This document shows positions 30,042 through 39,608 of a DNA stretch of 64,000 bases, piece by piece. The DNA is from a bacterium. Lineage in GTDB: Bacteria; Patescibacteriota; Doudnabacteria; UBA920. The notes below the pieces were generated by a model. It saw nothing but the letters and a program-made list of their open reading frames with translations. It did not search any database and was not told the DNA's origin. Both the position numbers and the translations under genes were made by a program. The stretch is from assembly GCA_021825655.1 (NCBI GenBank), contig JAKAGU010000003.1:12014-76013 (forward strand). Reading direction: 5' to 3'. How positions within the stretch are numbered: position 1 is the stretch's first letter; every line of letters begins with the position of its first letter.

Positions 30042-30078
30042 CAAAAGCGGGCACCCCAGGAGGAGTGCCCGCTTTTCC
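30042..30078. terminator. bidirectional intrinsic terminator shared by the PEP-CTERM gene and thrS
   Basis: agcgggcac cccaggagga gtgcccgct, with T-runs on both strands. Confidence 0.6.
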
Positions 30079-30086
30079 AATATATA

Positions 30087-31886
30087 TTATTTTTTTTCTA
30101 TAACTTGCTTTTGCAATTTTTCTGCAAAAGCTTCCAGGCTCATTTGCCCCAAGTCTTCGCCTTCGCGGGTACGCACGCTAAGCATTCCGGCATCCGCTTC
30201 CTTTTGGCCTAAAATAATCTGATAGGGAATTTTTTGCATGGTGGCTTCGCGGATTTTTTTTCCAATCGACTCGTCTCGGGCATCCACTTCCATGCGCAAG
30301 CTTGCGTTAACAGCCAGGAGTCTGTCTTTTATTTCTCCGGCAAAAGCTGCCTGGTTTTCCGAAATCGGCAAAATACTGACTTGGACAGGCGAAAGCCATA
30401 ACGGAAAGGCTCCTGCATAGTGTTCAATCAGGATGGCCAAAAACCTTTCAAAAGAACCCAGCAAAGCGCGGTGGATGACAATCGGCGTTTTACGGCTGCT
30501 GTCGGGCGCCACGTATTCCAAACCGAAACGCTGGGGCATCTGGAAATCCAGCTGGATAGTCGCCAGCTGCCATTTCCTGCCCAAGGCATCCCGAATGCGC
30601 ATGTCGATTTTTGGCCCGTAAAATGCGCCGTCTCCGGCGTTAATCTCGTACTGCCAGCCCGCTTTTTTCAAAGCTTCCGCCAGCGCCGCTTCCGCCGTAT
30701 CCCATTCCTCTTTGGTGCCTAAAGATTTTTCAGGTTTGGTGGAAAGGGCCACGTCTTCCACCCGCATGTCAAAGACCGCATAGATTTTCTGAATGCGCGA
30801 CAATAACTCCGCTACCTCGTCCGCTACCTGTTCCGGGGCCAGGAAAATATGGCAGTCATCCTGGGCAAAAGCCCTTACCCGAGTCAGGCCGGACAGGGTG
30901 CCGGAAAGTTCGTTTCGGTAAAGTGTGGACATTTCCGCGTACCGCAAGGGCAAGTCCCGGTAAGAATACAAGCCCTGCTTAAACAGCAGCATATGGCCCG
31001 GACAGTTCATGGGCTTTAGGCCAAAAGTGCGGCCTTCGCTCTCCAGGGTAAACATATCGTCCTTGTAGTGTTCCCAGTGACCGGAAGTTTTGAACAGCTC
31101 CGAATCGAAAAGCTGCGGCAAGCGCACTTCGCTGTAACCCGGGCCATAAGAAACGGAGCGGACAAATTTTTCCAGTTCGTTTCTGACAATGCTGCCTTTG
31201 GGTAAATAGAAGGGAATCCCTGGGGCGTACTCATGGAACATAAACAAGTCAAGCTTGGGCCCCAAACTTCTGTGGTCGCGTTTTTCGGCTTCTTCCACCA
31301 TTTTTAAGTAGGCTTCCAGCTCTTCTTTGCTTTCAAAAGCCAACCCGTATATGCGCTGCATTTGCGGATTTTTCTGGTCGCCGCGCCAATAGGCGCCGGA
31401 GAACCTGTCAAGCTTAAACGCATCGGCCTTAATCTCCGAAGTGCTCTCCACGTGCCCGCCCCGGCATAAATCCACAAACTTGCCGGTTTTATACAAAGAT
31501 ACGCTTTCCACTTTTTTCTCCGCAGCCCCAGGCTTGCCGGCTTGGCCTTCTATTTGGTCCATTTCCGTGGTGCCGAATTTTTCAATATCCTCAATCAGCT
31601 CCACTTTGAAAGTCTGTTTTGCATTCCTAAAAAAATCCTTGGCCTCGCCAGTGGACATTTCCTGGCGCTCAAACGGCAGTTTCTGCCTGACCAGTTCGCG
31701 CATGCGCTTTTCAATCTTTTTCAAATCTTCCGGGGTAATGGGGCGGGGGAGAAGAAAGTCATAGTAAAAACCGTTCTCAATGACCGGACCAACGCCCAAG
31801 TTTGCCTGCGGGAACATTTCCACGACAGCGGAGGCCAGAATGTGGGCCAAAGAATGGCGGATGTGGTGCAGTTTTTCGTTTTCCAT
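30087..31886 (-). CDS. thrS: threonine--tRNA ligase
   Basis: HIRHSLAHILA, class II core, FERFLAILIEHYAGAFPLWLSPVQV, anticodon-binding C-terminus. Confidence 0.9.
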   Translation of the reverse strand: MENEKLHHIRHSLAHILASAVVEMFPQANLGVGPVIENGFYYDFLLPRPITPEDLKKIEKRMRELVRQKLPFERQEMSTGEAKDFFRNAKQTFKVELIEDIEKFGTTEMDQIEGQAGKPGAAEKKVESVSLYKTGKFVDLCRGGHVESTSEIKADAFKLDRFSGAYWRGDQKNPQMQRIYGLAFESKEELEAYLKMVEEAEKRDHRSLGPKLDLFMFHEYAPGIPFYLPKGSIVRNELEKFVRSVSYGPGYSEVRLPQLFDSELFKTSGHWEHYKDDMFTLESEGRTFGLKPMNCPGHMLLFKQGLYSYRDLPLRYAEMSTLYRNELSGTLSGLTRVRAFAQDDCHIFLAPEQVADEVAELLSRIQKIYAVFDMRVEDVALSTKPEKSLGTKEEWDTAEAALAEALKKAGWQYEINAGDGAFYGPKIDMRIRDALGRKWQLATIQLDFQMPQRFGLEYVAPDSSRKTPIVIHRALLGSFERFLAILIEHYAGAFPLWLSPVQVSILPISENQAAFAGEIKDRLLAVNASLRMEVDARDESIGKKIREATMQKIPYQIILGQKEADAGMLSVRTREGEDLGQMSLEAFAEKLQKQVIEKK

Positions 31887-31890
31887 ATGT

Positions 31891-32607
31891 TTATAAGTTT
31901 AATTGTTGCTTTAAATTTTCCAGTTGTATCCTGCGCATGGGCATGCCGTATTCCCGTTCCAATTTTAAGGCATTTTCTTCTGCGCGGGTAAAATATCGTT
32001 CCGACTCTGCTCTGTTATTTAAAATTGTGCTGGCTTCGGCCAAACGGGCCTGAATGCCGGAAAGGATGATTAATTTATGGAACGGCCTGAGCGCGCCGTC
32101 AGCTTCGGCTAAAGACAAAGCTTCAGACAGTTTTTTAAAAGCCTCTGGGTTTTGGCGCCATTTAAGTTCGGAGATAGCATAATGACTTAAAAATTCGGCG
32201 TATGCCCCGGAAACGGTTTTAGGCAGCGCTTCCAGCGCCTGTGCATACAGTGCTGTGGATTCCTGATATTTGCCTTCCATATAAAAAGTGTCAGCGTACC
32301 TGAGCAGCGCCGCGGCTTTGGGCGCGCCGGAGACCTGGAACTTGTCCGCCAGGGCCAGTGCGGAAAAAGCTTCGCTGCGCATCATAACCAGATAAATTTC
32401 CTGTCCCGTTTTTTGATACAGATGCTTAAAAATGTGCAGCTTGTGATTTAAGGCCTCCACCACCAAATCGGAACGCTTGGCTGCGGCCGCATCCACGCTG
32501 GCGCGGTCAATGACAGCCAGGGCCTCGGTCGTTCTGCCCTGCTCGGAAAGATTTTCAAAATCTTCAAACAAGCGACGGATTTCTTTTTCTTTTTCCGATT
32601 CGGCCAT
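31891..32607 (-). CDS. helical-repeat (TPR-like) protein, hypothetical
   Basis: 238 aa, all-alpha repeat-like composition, no catalytic motif recognised. Confidence 0.3.
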   Translation of the reverse strand: MAESEKEKEIRRLFEDFENLSEQGRTTEALAVIDRASVDAAAAKRSDLVVEALNHKLHIFKHLYQKTGQEIYLVMMRSEAFSALALADKFQVSGAPKAAALLRYADTFYMEGKYQESTALYAQALEALPKTVSGAYAEFLSHYAISELKWRQNPEAFKKLSEALSLAEADGALRPFHKLIILSGIQARLAEASTILNNRAESERYFTRAEENALKLEREYGMPMRRIQLENLKQQLNL

Positions 32608-32649
32608 ATTGTGCTAGATGGTTAATGTCTGCTATGCTGTTTAGTCTTT

Positions 32650-32790
32650 GTCAGGAGGAAGTCATGTAAAACCCCGCCCCAAAACCGGTCAGGTGACGCC
32701 CATAAATATAAGGGCTACAAACTGCTAACCTCGCGGCTGGCTACACTGCTTCCTTCTGACAAAGATTTCCAAATCTTTGTCTTTTTTTGC
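32650..32790 (+). ncRNA. candidate structured small RNA closed by a 12 bp helix and ending in an intrinsic terminator (identity unknown)
   Basis: 5' GUCAGGAGGAAG (32650-32661) pairs with CUUCCUUCUGAC (32749-32760), one G-U pair. An immediately following hairpin gacaaagattt/aaatctttgtc plus T7 (32758-32788) is on the plus strand although both flanking genes are on the minus strand. No ORF. Confidence 0.3.
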
Positions 32791-33074
32791 AAATAACAAA
32801 ACCCCAGGGCAGGATTACCTTAAAATAGATAACCCAACCCTGGGGTCTTGGCTTAGGAACCAAAGACGTTTCCGTCCCAGTTCTCTCCCGCTTACGCAGG
32901 AGACTTTTCATCCAGACAGTCTCTAGAACCGGCCTGGATTATTGATTGACTTGTTCCAAACTCACCGGTTGGTTGCCGGATCTTCGTTTGAAGAACTGTA
33001 AAAAGTATAACAAAAGCTATAAATTGGCGCAACACCAGTTGTCCACAAACTACAAAGGCTTATTTATGCGGAAT

Positions 33075-36000
33075 TTATTGTACATCAATCTTACCAATTT
33101 CGGCAACTGCTTTTAACTCTGCCAGTAAATCACCGCCAATTGTCACCTGGGTCTGGGTTTTCATTTTCTTGGCATTGGGCCCGATGCCAATGGACAAATA
33201 AACCTGGGCATTGCCGGGATGTTTTTTTAAGATGCTTTTAATTTCATTTAGCACCTCGGGCGCTGCCAGGCGGGGCATGTGCAGAATTACCTGCTTGTTT
33301 TTTTCTGTTTCCGACAAAGCCATTTGGTAGAGGTCGTCGTTTGGCAATTGGGTCAGCTCATCCGCAATCAGCTTAAATTCCTCATCCTTGTCCGACAGCC
33401 GCCCCCTTACCTGGACAATCTTGTCGTTTTCCAAAAGGCTGAGCGCGTTCTCCATGGCCTTGGGGAACACTAGCACCTCAATGCTGCCGGTGGCGTCTTC
33501 CAGCGTAAAGAAAGCCATGGGATCCTGCTTTTTGGTCAGGGTGCGCTTAAGCCGGGAGACAATGCCGCCCATTACCTGGTTGGTGCCCAGCTCTTCGGGA
33601 GTCAAATCTTTAACGGCTTTCAGGTTAGAAAGCACTTTGCGGTAGCTTTCCAAAGGATGGGCGGACACATACATGCCCAAATGCTCTTTTTCCCAAAGCA
33701 TTTTTTCCTCTTTGGCTGCCGGCGGCACTTCGCGCAGTTTCAAACGGCCCACCTGCATGCTTTTGCCGAACAGCGCGCCCTGGCCCGCAGCTTCCGCCCG
33801 GAAATGCTGGCGCACAAAATCCAAAACTTCTTCCGTATTGGCCAATAATGCCCCGCGTTCGCCGAATGCGTCCAAAGCGCCCGCCTTGCACAAGGCTTCC
33901 CAGGATTTCTTGTTCAAATTTTTGGTGTAGGCGCGGATTAGAAAATCTTCCAGGGAAGTGTATGGGCCGCGGGCTTTCCTTTCTTCGATTGTCCGCTCAA
34001 TCACATCGCTGCCCAGATTCTTTATGGCATTCATGCCGAAACGGATGTTTTTCTCATCCACCACGGTAAAACCGCTGCGCGACTGGTTAATGTCAGGCGG
34101 CAGGACTTTAATCCCCATATTGGCGCATTCCTCCACAGCAGCGTAAATTTTGTCTTCATCGCCGGCTTCGGCGGTCATAAGCGCGGCCATAAATTCCACC
34201 GGATAATTGGCCTTCATGTACGCTGTCTGGTATGACACCATGGAGTAGGAAGCGGAGTGCGACTTGTTAAAACCGTAAGCGGCAAAGGGCTCGATCCAGG
34301 CCCAAATCTCGCTGGCTTTTTCAAAACTCCAGCCAGAAGTTTTCTGGCAACCCTGGATAAACTTGATTTTTTGCTTGGCCATCTCCTCCGGAATCTTTTT
34401 GCCCACGGCCTTGCGGAATTTATCCACCTCTTCCCAGGTGTAGCCGGCCAAATCGTGTGCAATGGTTAAGAGGTCGTCCTGGTAAACCAGCACGCCGTAT
34501 GTCCTCTGCAAAATTTTCTCCAGAGCGGGATCCAGGTAGCTAATCAGTTTGGCATTGTGCTTGCGCGCAATATAATCCGGAATAAATTGCATGGGCCCCG
34601 GGCGGTACAGAGCAATCATGGCCATGACGTCGAAAATGGAACTGGGCTTTAATTCCCGCAAGTACCGCGTCATGCCGCTGCTGCCCATCTGGAAGACGCC
34701 GAAAGTCAGGCCCGCTGAAAGCAGCTCAAAGGTTTTCGGGTCAGGGTGGGGGAGGTTGTAGATGTCAATTTTGGCGTTGTGGCGTTTTTCGGCAATCTTC
34801 ACCGCCGCTTCCAAAATGGACAGGTTGCGGATTCCCAGCAAGTCGAGCTTAACCACGCCAATGGCTTTGCCGTTGGCATTCACGTCCAGCGCGTACATGT
34901 CGTACTGGGTAATAACGCGCTCGCCGTCGGGCTCCTTTTGCAGCGGCATGTAATCGGTCAGTTCGGTCGGGGTTATGACGATGCCCGCGGCGTGCACGGA
35001 GGCATGGCGAGCGCCGCCTTCCAATTTTTTAGCGATATCCAAAACCCGCTTGGTTTCCGGATCGCGGTCGTAAACTTCTTTTAGCTCCGGGCTGATATCC
35101 AGCGCCTTGTCCAAAGTCATGTGAAAACCCTGTTTGCCGATGGGGATCATTTTGGCAATGCGGTCGCACTTGGAATAGGGCACGCCTAAAGCCCGTCCTA
35201 CGTCGCGCACGGCCGCCCGGGCCATCATAGTCCCGAAAGTGATAATCTGCGCCACCTTATCCTTGCCATAGTGCTCGGTAATGTAAGCAATGGCCTCGTC
35301 GCGCCGGTTGTCCGCAATATCCAAATCAATATCCGGCGGCGTAGGCCGGTGCATGGTCAAAAAACGCTCGAAAGGCAGTTCGTAATACAGCGGATCCACG
35401 TTGGTAATGCCTAAAATCCGCCCCACAATACTGCCCGCTGCCGAACCCCTGGTATTGGTAATAGCACCAATCTTATGCGCCCCCTGCACCACATCGGCCA
35501 CCATCAAAAAATAGGTGTCAAAGCCTTTTTTACAAATAATGTTCAACTCATATTCAATGCGCTGCCGGATAGCTTCCGGCACTTCCCCGTTTTCGCCGTA
35601 AAGGGGCACGGCTTTTTCATATACGGTCTGCTTCAGATACTCTTCGGAGCTTATGCCTTCGGGCAGCCGGACTTTGGGGAAATAGCGCTGGTTAATGTCA
35701 ATCTCCAGTACGCAAGCATCCGCAATTTTTTGGGTGTTGTCCACGGCCTCGGGCAAATCGGCGAACAACTCCATCATTTGTTCCGGGCTCTTTATGGACA
35801 AGTCATAACCGCGCATATCCAGCCGCCCCTCGTCGTTGATTGTTTGGGCCGTACCGATGCACACCAGTACGTCCTGTGCCTCGCTGTCCTCCGGGTAAAC
35901 ATAATGACTGTCCGACGTGGCCACAATATCCAGCGCATTTTTTCTGGCCAAAGCAACCAGGCGGCGGTTAAGCTCTTCCTCGCGTTCGTCTTTTTGCCGG

Positions 36001-36533
36001 CTGTTGCGCTGCAGCTCGATAAAAAAATTGCTTGGTCCGAAAATATCCAGGTACTTCTCCAAAACCTTTTGCGCTTCCGCCTCGCTTCTGTTCATAACCG
36101 CGCGGGCCACTTCGCCGCGCTGGCAGCCGGACAGGGCAATCAGCCCTGCTGCGTGCTGCTTTAAAACGTCCAAGTCTATTCGGGGCTTGTAGTAAAAACC
36201 TTCCAAATGGGCAATAGTGGTCAGCTTCATCAGGTTGCTGTAACCGCTGCGGTCCTTGGCCAGAAGGGTCAGGTGGAAATAGTCGCTGTCAACTTTTCCC
36301 TCCTTATCGGAGAGCTTCCTGGGAGCCACATAGGCTTCCAGCCCGATAATCGGCTTAATACCTTCTTCGCGGCAACGGTTATAAAACTCAATGGCGCCGT
36401 ACATGGCGCCATGGTCAGTTACGGCCAGGGAGGTCATCCCCAGCTCTTTTACCCTCGAAATAAGGGGATCCAGCTTGGAAAGTCCGTCGAGCAGGGAAAA
36501 ATGGGTATGGCAGTGCAAATGGGTAAAACGCAT
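33075..36533 (-). CDS. dnaE: DNA polymerase III alpha subunit
   Basis: PHP domain MRFTHLHCHTHFSLLDG, polymerase core, 1152 aa. Confidence 0.9.
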   Translation of the reverse strand: MRFTHLHCHTHFSLLDGLSKLDPLISRVKELGMTSLAVTDHGAMYGAIEFYNRCREEGIKPIIGLEAYVAPRKLSDKEGKVDSDYFHLTLLAKDRSGYSNLMKLTTIAHLEGFYYKPRIDLDVLKQHAAGLIALSGCQRGEVARAVMNRSEAEAQKVLEKYLDIFGPSNFFIELQRNSRQKDEREEELNRRLVALARKNALDIVATSDSHYVYPEDSEAQDVLVCIGTAQTINDEGRLDMRGYDLSIKSPEQMMELFADLPEAVDNTQKIADACVLEIDINQRYFPKVRLPEGISSEEYLKQTVYEKAVPLYGENGEVPEAIRQRIEYELNIICKKGFDTYFLMVADVVQGAHKIGAITNTRGSAAGSIVGRILGITNVDPLYYELPFERFLTMHRPTPPDIDLDIADNRRDEAIAYITEHYGKDKVAQIITFGTMMARAAVRDVGRALGVPYSKCDRIAKMIPIGKQGFHMTLDKALDISPELKEVYDRDPETKRVLDIAKKLEGGARHASVHAAGIVITPTELTDYMPLQKEPDGERVITQYDMYALDVNANGKAIGVVKLDLLGIRNLSILEAAVKIAEKRHNAKIDIYNLPHPDPKTFELLSAGLTFGVFQMGSSGMTRYLRELKPSSIFDVMAMIALYRPGPMQFIPDYIARKHNAKLISYLDPALEKILQRTYGVLVYQDDLLTIAHDLAGYTWEEVDKFRKAVGKKIPEEMAKQKIKFIQGCQKTSGWSFEKASEIWAWIEPFAAYGFNKSHSASYSMVSYQTAYMKANYPVEFMAALMTAEAGDEDKIYAAVEECANMGIKVLPPDINQSRSGFTVVDEKNIRFGMNAIKNLGSDVIERTIEERKARGPYTSLEDFLIRAYTKNLNKKSWEALCKAGALDAFGERGALLANTEEVLDFVRQHFRAEAAGQGALFGKSMQVGRLKLREVPPAAKEEKMLWEKEHLGMYVSAHPLESYRKVLSNLKAVKDLTPEELGTNQVMGGIVSRLKRTLTKKQDPMAFFTLEDATGSIEVLVFPKAMENALSLLENDKIVQVRGRLSDKDEEFKLIADELTQLPNDDLYQMALSETEKNKQVILHMPRLAAPEVLNEIKSILKKHPGNAQVYLSIGIGPNAKKMKTQTQVTIGGDLLAELKAVAEIGKIDVQ

Positions 36534-36542
36534 GCTTATAGA

Positions 36543-36571
36543 TTATCAAAAAGCGGGGGATTTTGCTATAA
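36543..36571 (+). promoter_or_regulatory. extended -10 promoter (TGcTATAAT) for the downstream membrane-protein gene, divergent from dnaE
   Basis: tgcTATAAT at 36563-36571. Confidence 0.4.
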
Positions 36572-36665
36572 TTTTATTAAGCTAAATTTTAAAAACCAAA
36601 CCACTTTTGTGTCACTATTCAAAGAGAAAGTCGAGATTGGCATCCAGGAAGCCGAACTCGGCGTA

Positions 36666-37496
36666 ATGAAAGGCCTGGTCAAATTCCCGCCCGTACTCCG
36701 CTGGGCTTTGATTATCGGCGTTCTGGCCATCATTCCCTCGTATTACATTTCGCGCCAAATAGCATACCAGTTATGGCGGCAGCGCGATTTGCAATATGCT
36801 CTGGTACCCACGCCCAGCTTCAGCTCTTCTCTGCCCATACGGACAAAAAACACCTGGCTGCTCCAGACCGGCCCGAACCAATACACAAGCGTGGCCGAAG
36901 TAATAAACGACAACCTGGACCTTTCTACCAACGTGGCGGCTTATGAATTTAAATTCTACGGCCCAAACCAAAATCTGATTGTTCCGGACAGCGGCCAAGT
37001 CTCCGGCAAAACCTACTTTTTACCCAACCAGTCCAAATACCTGCTTGCCACCAGAATCACCAGCAAACAGCCAATTACCCGGATGGAAGTGGTCTTTGGC
37101 AGCGACATTGTTTGGCGGAAAAAACTCTCTCTGCCCGCAATCCAACTCAATGTGACCGGCGTTAAATTCTCGCAGCAGGCCTCGCCGCCGGCTTTCGCGG
37201 TGGACGGCCTGGTGGAGAACACCAGCAGCTATGAAATCGGCCAAGTCCGCCTGGTCTTCCTGGTATTCGGCTTCAACCGCCAGCTGCTGGCGGCCAGCGA
37301 AAGAAACGAATTCACCCTGGCCAGCGGTGAAAACCGCGCATACAAACAGCTGTGGCCTGACCAGACTTTTCCCAATGCCGTTTCCGTGCAGGTCCTGGCG
37401 GACACCAACACCCTGGACCAGGGCAACCTGAGGCTGAGCACCAGTCCGCCCGGGTCGGGCTCAGACTTAAGCCGCCCGCAGCAAAACCAAAACTAG
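36666..37496 (+). CDS. membrane-anchored periplasmic-domain protein, hypothetical, immediately upstream of the SEDS gene
   Basis: MKGLVKFPPVLRWALIIGVLAII TM segment, then an extracytoplasmic domain of about 250 aa. The track ORF start at 36207 is antisense to dnaE and is rejected. Confidence 0.4.
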   Translation: MKGLVKFPPVLRWALIIGVLAIIPSYYISRQIAYQLWRQRDLQYALVPTPSFSSSLPIRTKNTWLLQTGPNQYTSVAEVINDNLDLSTNVAAYEFKFYGPNQNLIVPDSGQVSGKTYFLPNQSKYLLATRITSKQPITRMEVVFGSDIVWRKKLSLPAIQLNVTGVKFSQQASPPAFAVDGLVENTSSYEIGQVRLVFLVFGFNRQLLAASERNEFTLASGENRAYKQLWPDQTFPNAVSVQVLADTNTLDQGNLRLSTSPPGSGSDLSRPQQNQN

Positions 37497-37511
37497 CCAT
37501 AAACCCAACGG

Positions 37512-38612
37512 ATGTTTAACTTTTTAAAAAAATTCGTTTATTTTGATTTGCCCCTGAAGGTTGCGGTCATCCTCCTCTGCCTGGCAGGCATGACGGTTTT
37601 ATACAGCACCTCGCTATCTAACGACAGCCTGACGGCTTTCTGGCGGCAGCTGCTGTTTTTGGGCGTAGGTTTCGTACTCTATCTGTTCTTTAGTTACTTT
37701 GACTACCACTCTCTGGCCAAGGCCAACCGGATTACCTATGTCATATTTTTTATCCTGCTGATTTATTTGCTTTTTTTCGGCCAGAACATCCGCGGCGGAC
37801 GGCGCTGGCTGCACTTAGGGTTTTTCAGTTTGCAAGTGGCGGAGTTCGTCAAAATTGTAATCATCTTGGGTTTGGCGCAGCTGCTTTACATCAAACGGGG
37901 CGAGATTAATTCCTGGAAAATTCTCGGCTGGTCTTTAGCATACGCGGCCCTGCCAGCGGCGCTGGTTATTCTGGAGCCGGACCTGGGGTCCGCCCTGGTC
38001 ATCTTGGCTTTATGGCTGGGGATAATTATGGTCAGCCCAATAAAAAAGAAATACTTACTGGCGATTTTTCTGGCTTTAGTTTTGGTTTCAGGGGTTACCT
38101 GGAAATTTTTTCTCAAAGACTTTCAGCGCGACAGGATTCTGGTTTTCGTTGACCCGCAGCTGGACCCCAAGGGCAAGGGATATAACGTGAGGCAGGCAAC
38201 CATTGCGGTGGGCAGCGGCCAGATTTGGGGCAGGGGGTTGGCCAAGGGCCTGCAGACCCAAAACCGTTTTTTGCCCGAAAGGCAAACCGATTTTATTTTT
38301 GCGGCCACGGGCGAGGAGTTCGGTTTTTTGGGCACCGGCGTTATCTTGCTGCTTTTCTTCCTGATTTTTGTCCGCCTGCTTAATACCATGAAAAGCGCCA
38401 AAGACGATTTGGGTATGTACATAGCCGCAGGCGTATTTTTTTTACTGCTTCTTCACGTCACCGTAAACATCGGCATGAATATAGGCATTCTTCCCGTGAC
38501 CGGCATCCCGCTGCCCTTTTTCAGCTCGGGCGGCAGCTCTTTGATTGCCACCCTGGCAGCCCTGGGTATTATCCAGAACATCAATTTGCAGTCAAAAATG
38601 TTGAGGTTTTAA
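37512..38612 (+). CDS. ftsW: SEDS-family peptidoglycan glycosyltransferase (FtsW/RodA)
   Basis: 10 TM segments, FIFAATGEEFGFLGTGVILLLF, IPLPFFSSGGSSL. Confidence 0.8.
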   Translation: MFNFLKKFVYFDLPLKVAVILLCLAGMTVLYSTSLSNDSLTAFWRQLLFLGVGFVLYLFFSYFDYHSLAKANRITYVIFFILLIYLLFFGQNIRGGRRWLHLGFFSLQVAEFVKIVIILGLAQLLYIKRGEINSWKILGWSLAYAALPAALVILEPDLGSALVILALWLGIIMVSPIKKKYLLAIFLALVLVSGVTWKFFLKDFQRDRILVFVDPQLDPKGKGYNVRQATIAVGSGQIWGRGLAKGLQTQNRFLPERQTDFIFAATGEEFGFLGTGVILLLFFLIFVRLLNTMKSAKDDLGMYIAAGVFFLLLLHVTVNIGMNIGILPVTGIPLPFFSSGGSSLIATLAALGIIQNINLQSKMLRF

Positions 38613-38637
38613 TCCAAAACTGGTAAACTACAGCTAT

Positions 38638-39003
38638 ATGCAACCGTTTGATTTCAAAAAAGTAATTGAGTGGCTGGGCCAGTTCCTTAAATGCCCGGTC
38701 TGCGGCCAAAAATACAATCTGGACCAGACCAGGATTATAGACAGCCGCCAGAGCGAGGCCTTCGGGGAAGCCACTATCCTTATCCATTCCGACTGCAATA
38801 AATGCAAGAGTTCGGTCATGTTTAATATTGAAGTCAAAGGTCCTGAAGTGTTCAGCGTAGGCATGGTCACGGACCTGACCAGGCACGACAGCTCCCGCTT
38901 TAAAAACCAGGGACCGATTAGCGTCGACGAAGTCATAGAAATCCACAAAAATATCAAGGGCTTTAAAGGCGATTTAATTAAAGCTCTGGGACAAAAACAA
39001 TAG
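38638..39003 (+). CDS. zinc-ribbon (CPVC...CNKC) protein, hypothetical
   Basis: Four Cys in two CxxC pairs; 121 aa. Confidence 0.35.
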   Translation: MQPFDFKKVIEWLGQFLKCPVCGQKYNLDQTRIIDSRQSEAFGEATILIHSDCNKCKSSVMFNIEVKGPEVFSVGMVTDLTRHDSSRFKNQGPISVDEVIEIHKNIKGFKGDLIKALGQKQ

Positions 39004-39017
39004 CATTGCCTCAACTT

Positions 39018-39050
39018 TAAACGGAAACCTCTCAGGCTTCCGTTTTTTTG
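39018..39050 (+). terminator. intrinsic terminator
   Basis: aaacggaaacc ... ggcttccgttt plus T7. Confidence 0.5.
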
Positions 39051-39055
39051 CGCCC

Positions 39056-39084
39056 TTGAAACTTTTGTTTAAAGCGTGTAAGAT
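39056..39084 (+). promoter_or_regulatory. sigma70-like promoter upstream of the GC-rich small membrane protein gene
   Basis: TTGAAA, 17 nt spacer, TAAGAT. The GGGGAGG Shine-Dalgarno lies 5 nt before the ATG. Confidence 0.45.
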
Positions 39085-39128
39085 GAAAAGTCGCTTCGGC
39101 GATAATCCATGTCCGTAAAGGGGAGGAA

Positions 39129-39608
39129 ATGAATCAGAAAAGAGAAAAACTCTGGTGGTTTTACTGGCTGCCAAACATGCTGAAGTACATAGTCTGGCCC
39201 AGCATTGAGTTCGTCTGGCACGGGTTCGTCTATGTGCGCTATGCTGTTTATTTCATCACCGGCTTCCTGAGCGCTCCGGCTATCCGGCTCGTTTGGAACT
39301 GGGCATGCCCCAGCAGCCCCATCGGCGCACCACAAGCTATGGCCGCGGTATTCGCCGCCTTGGGGCTGGCCATCTTCCTGACCAAAACCCAGCCGGGCAA
39401 TGACCTGCTGGGCGCGCTTGCGGCCCTGGCCATCATCGCTGGCTGTTTCTGCTGGCTGCTGCTCGCAGCCCTGCCCGCACTCGTGCTTTACGCCTACGGC
39501 CGCCTGCGCCAAGCAGGCAGCCCCGGCAAAACCGCATACGCATTCTATCTCGGTCCGATTGAATGGGCTGACAGGAGGTTTTTTCTCTCACACCGGACGG
39601 GGAACTGA
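39129..39608 (+). CDS. small polytopic membrane protein, hypothetical, compositionally GC-rich
   Basis: 159 aa, about 4 TM segments, Trp/Ala/Leu-rich. GC is about 65-70% in its central part. Followed by the hairpin acggggaact gagc agttccccgt. Confidence 0.4.
   Translation: MNQKREKLWWFYWLPNMLKYIVWPSIEFVWHGFVYVRYAVYFITGFLSAPAIRLVWNWACPSSPIGAPQAMAAVFAALGLAIFLTKTQPGNDLLGALAALAIIAGCFCWLLLAALPALVLYAYGRLRQAGSPGKTAYAFYLGPIEWADRRFFLSHRTGN

Noticed and set aside
32650-32760. Possible 4.5S/SRP RNA: the candidate small RNA contains GGUCAGGU, identical to part of SRP RNA domain IV, and has the right size with a long closing helix.
   Set aside because: The segment that should follow (CCGGAAGGAAGCAGCC with GGAA tetraloop and the symmetric loop) is absent, and the apical hairpin has a 10 nt loop instead of a GNRA tetraloop. 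RNase P, tmRNA and 6S signatures were also not found. It is left as an unassigned small RNA candidate.
36207-36665. N-terminal 153 codons of track ORF 36207..37496.
   Set aside because: They are antisense to the 5' end of dnaE and translate to low-complexity sequence. The real gene most likely starts at ATG 36666, after its own promoter.
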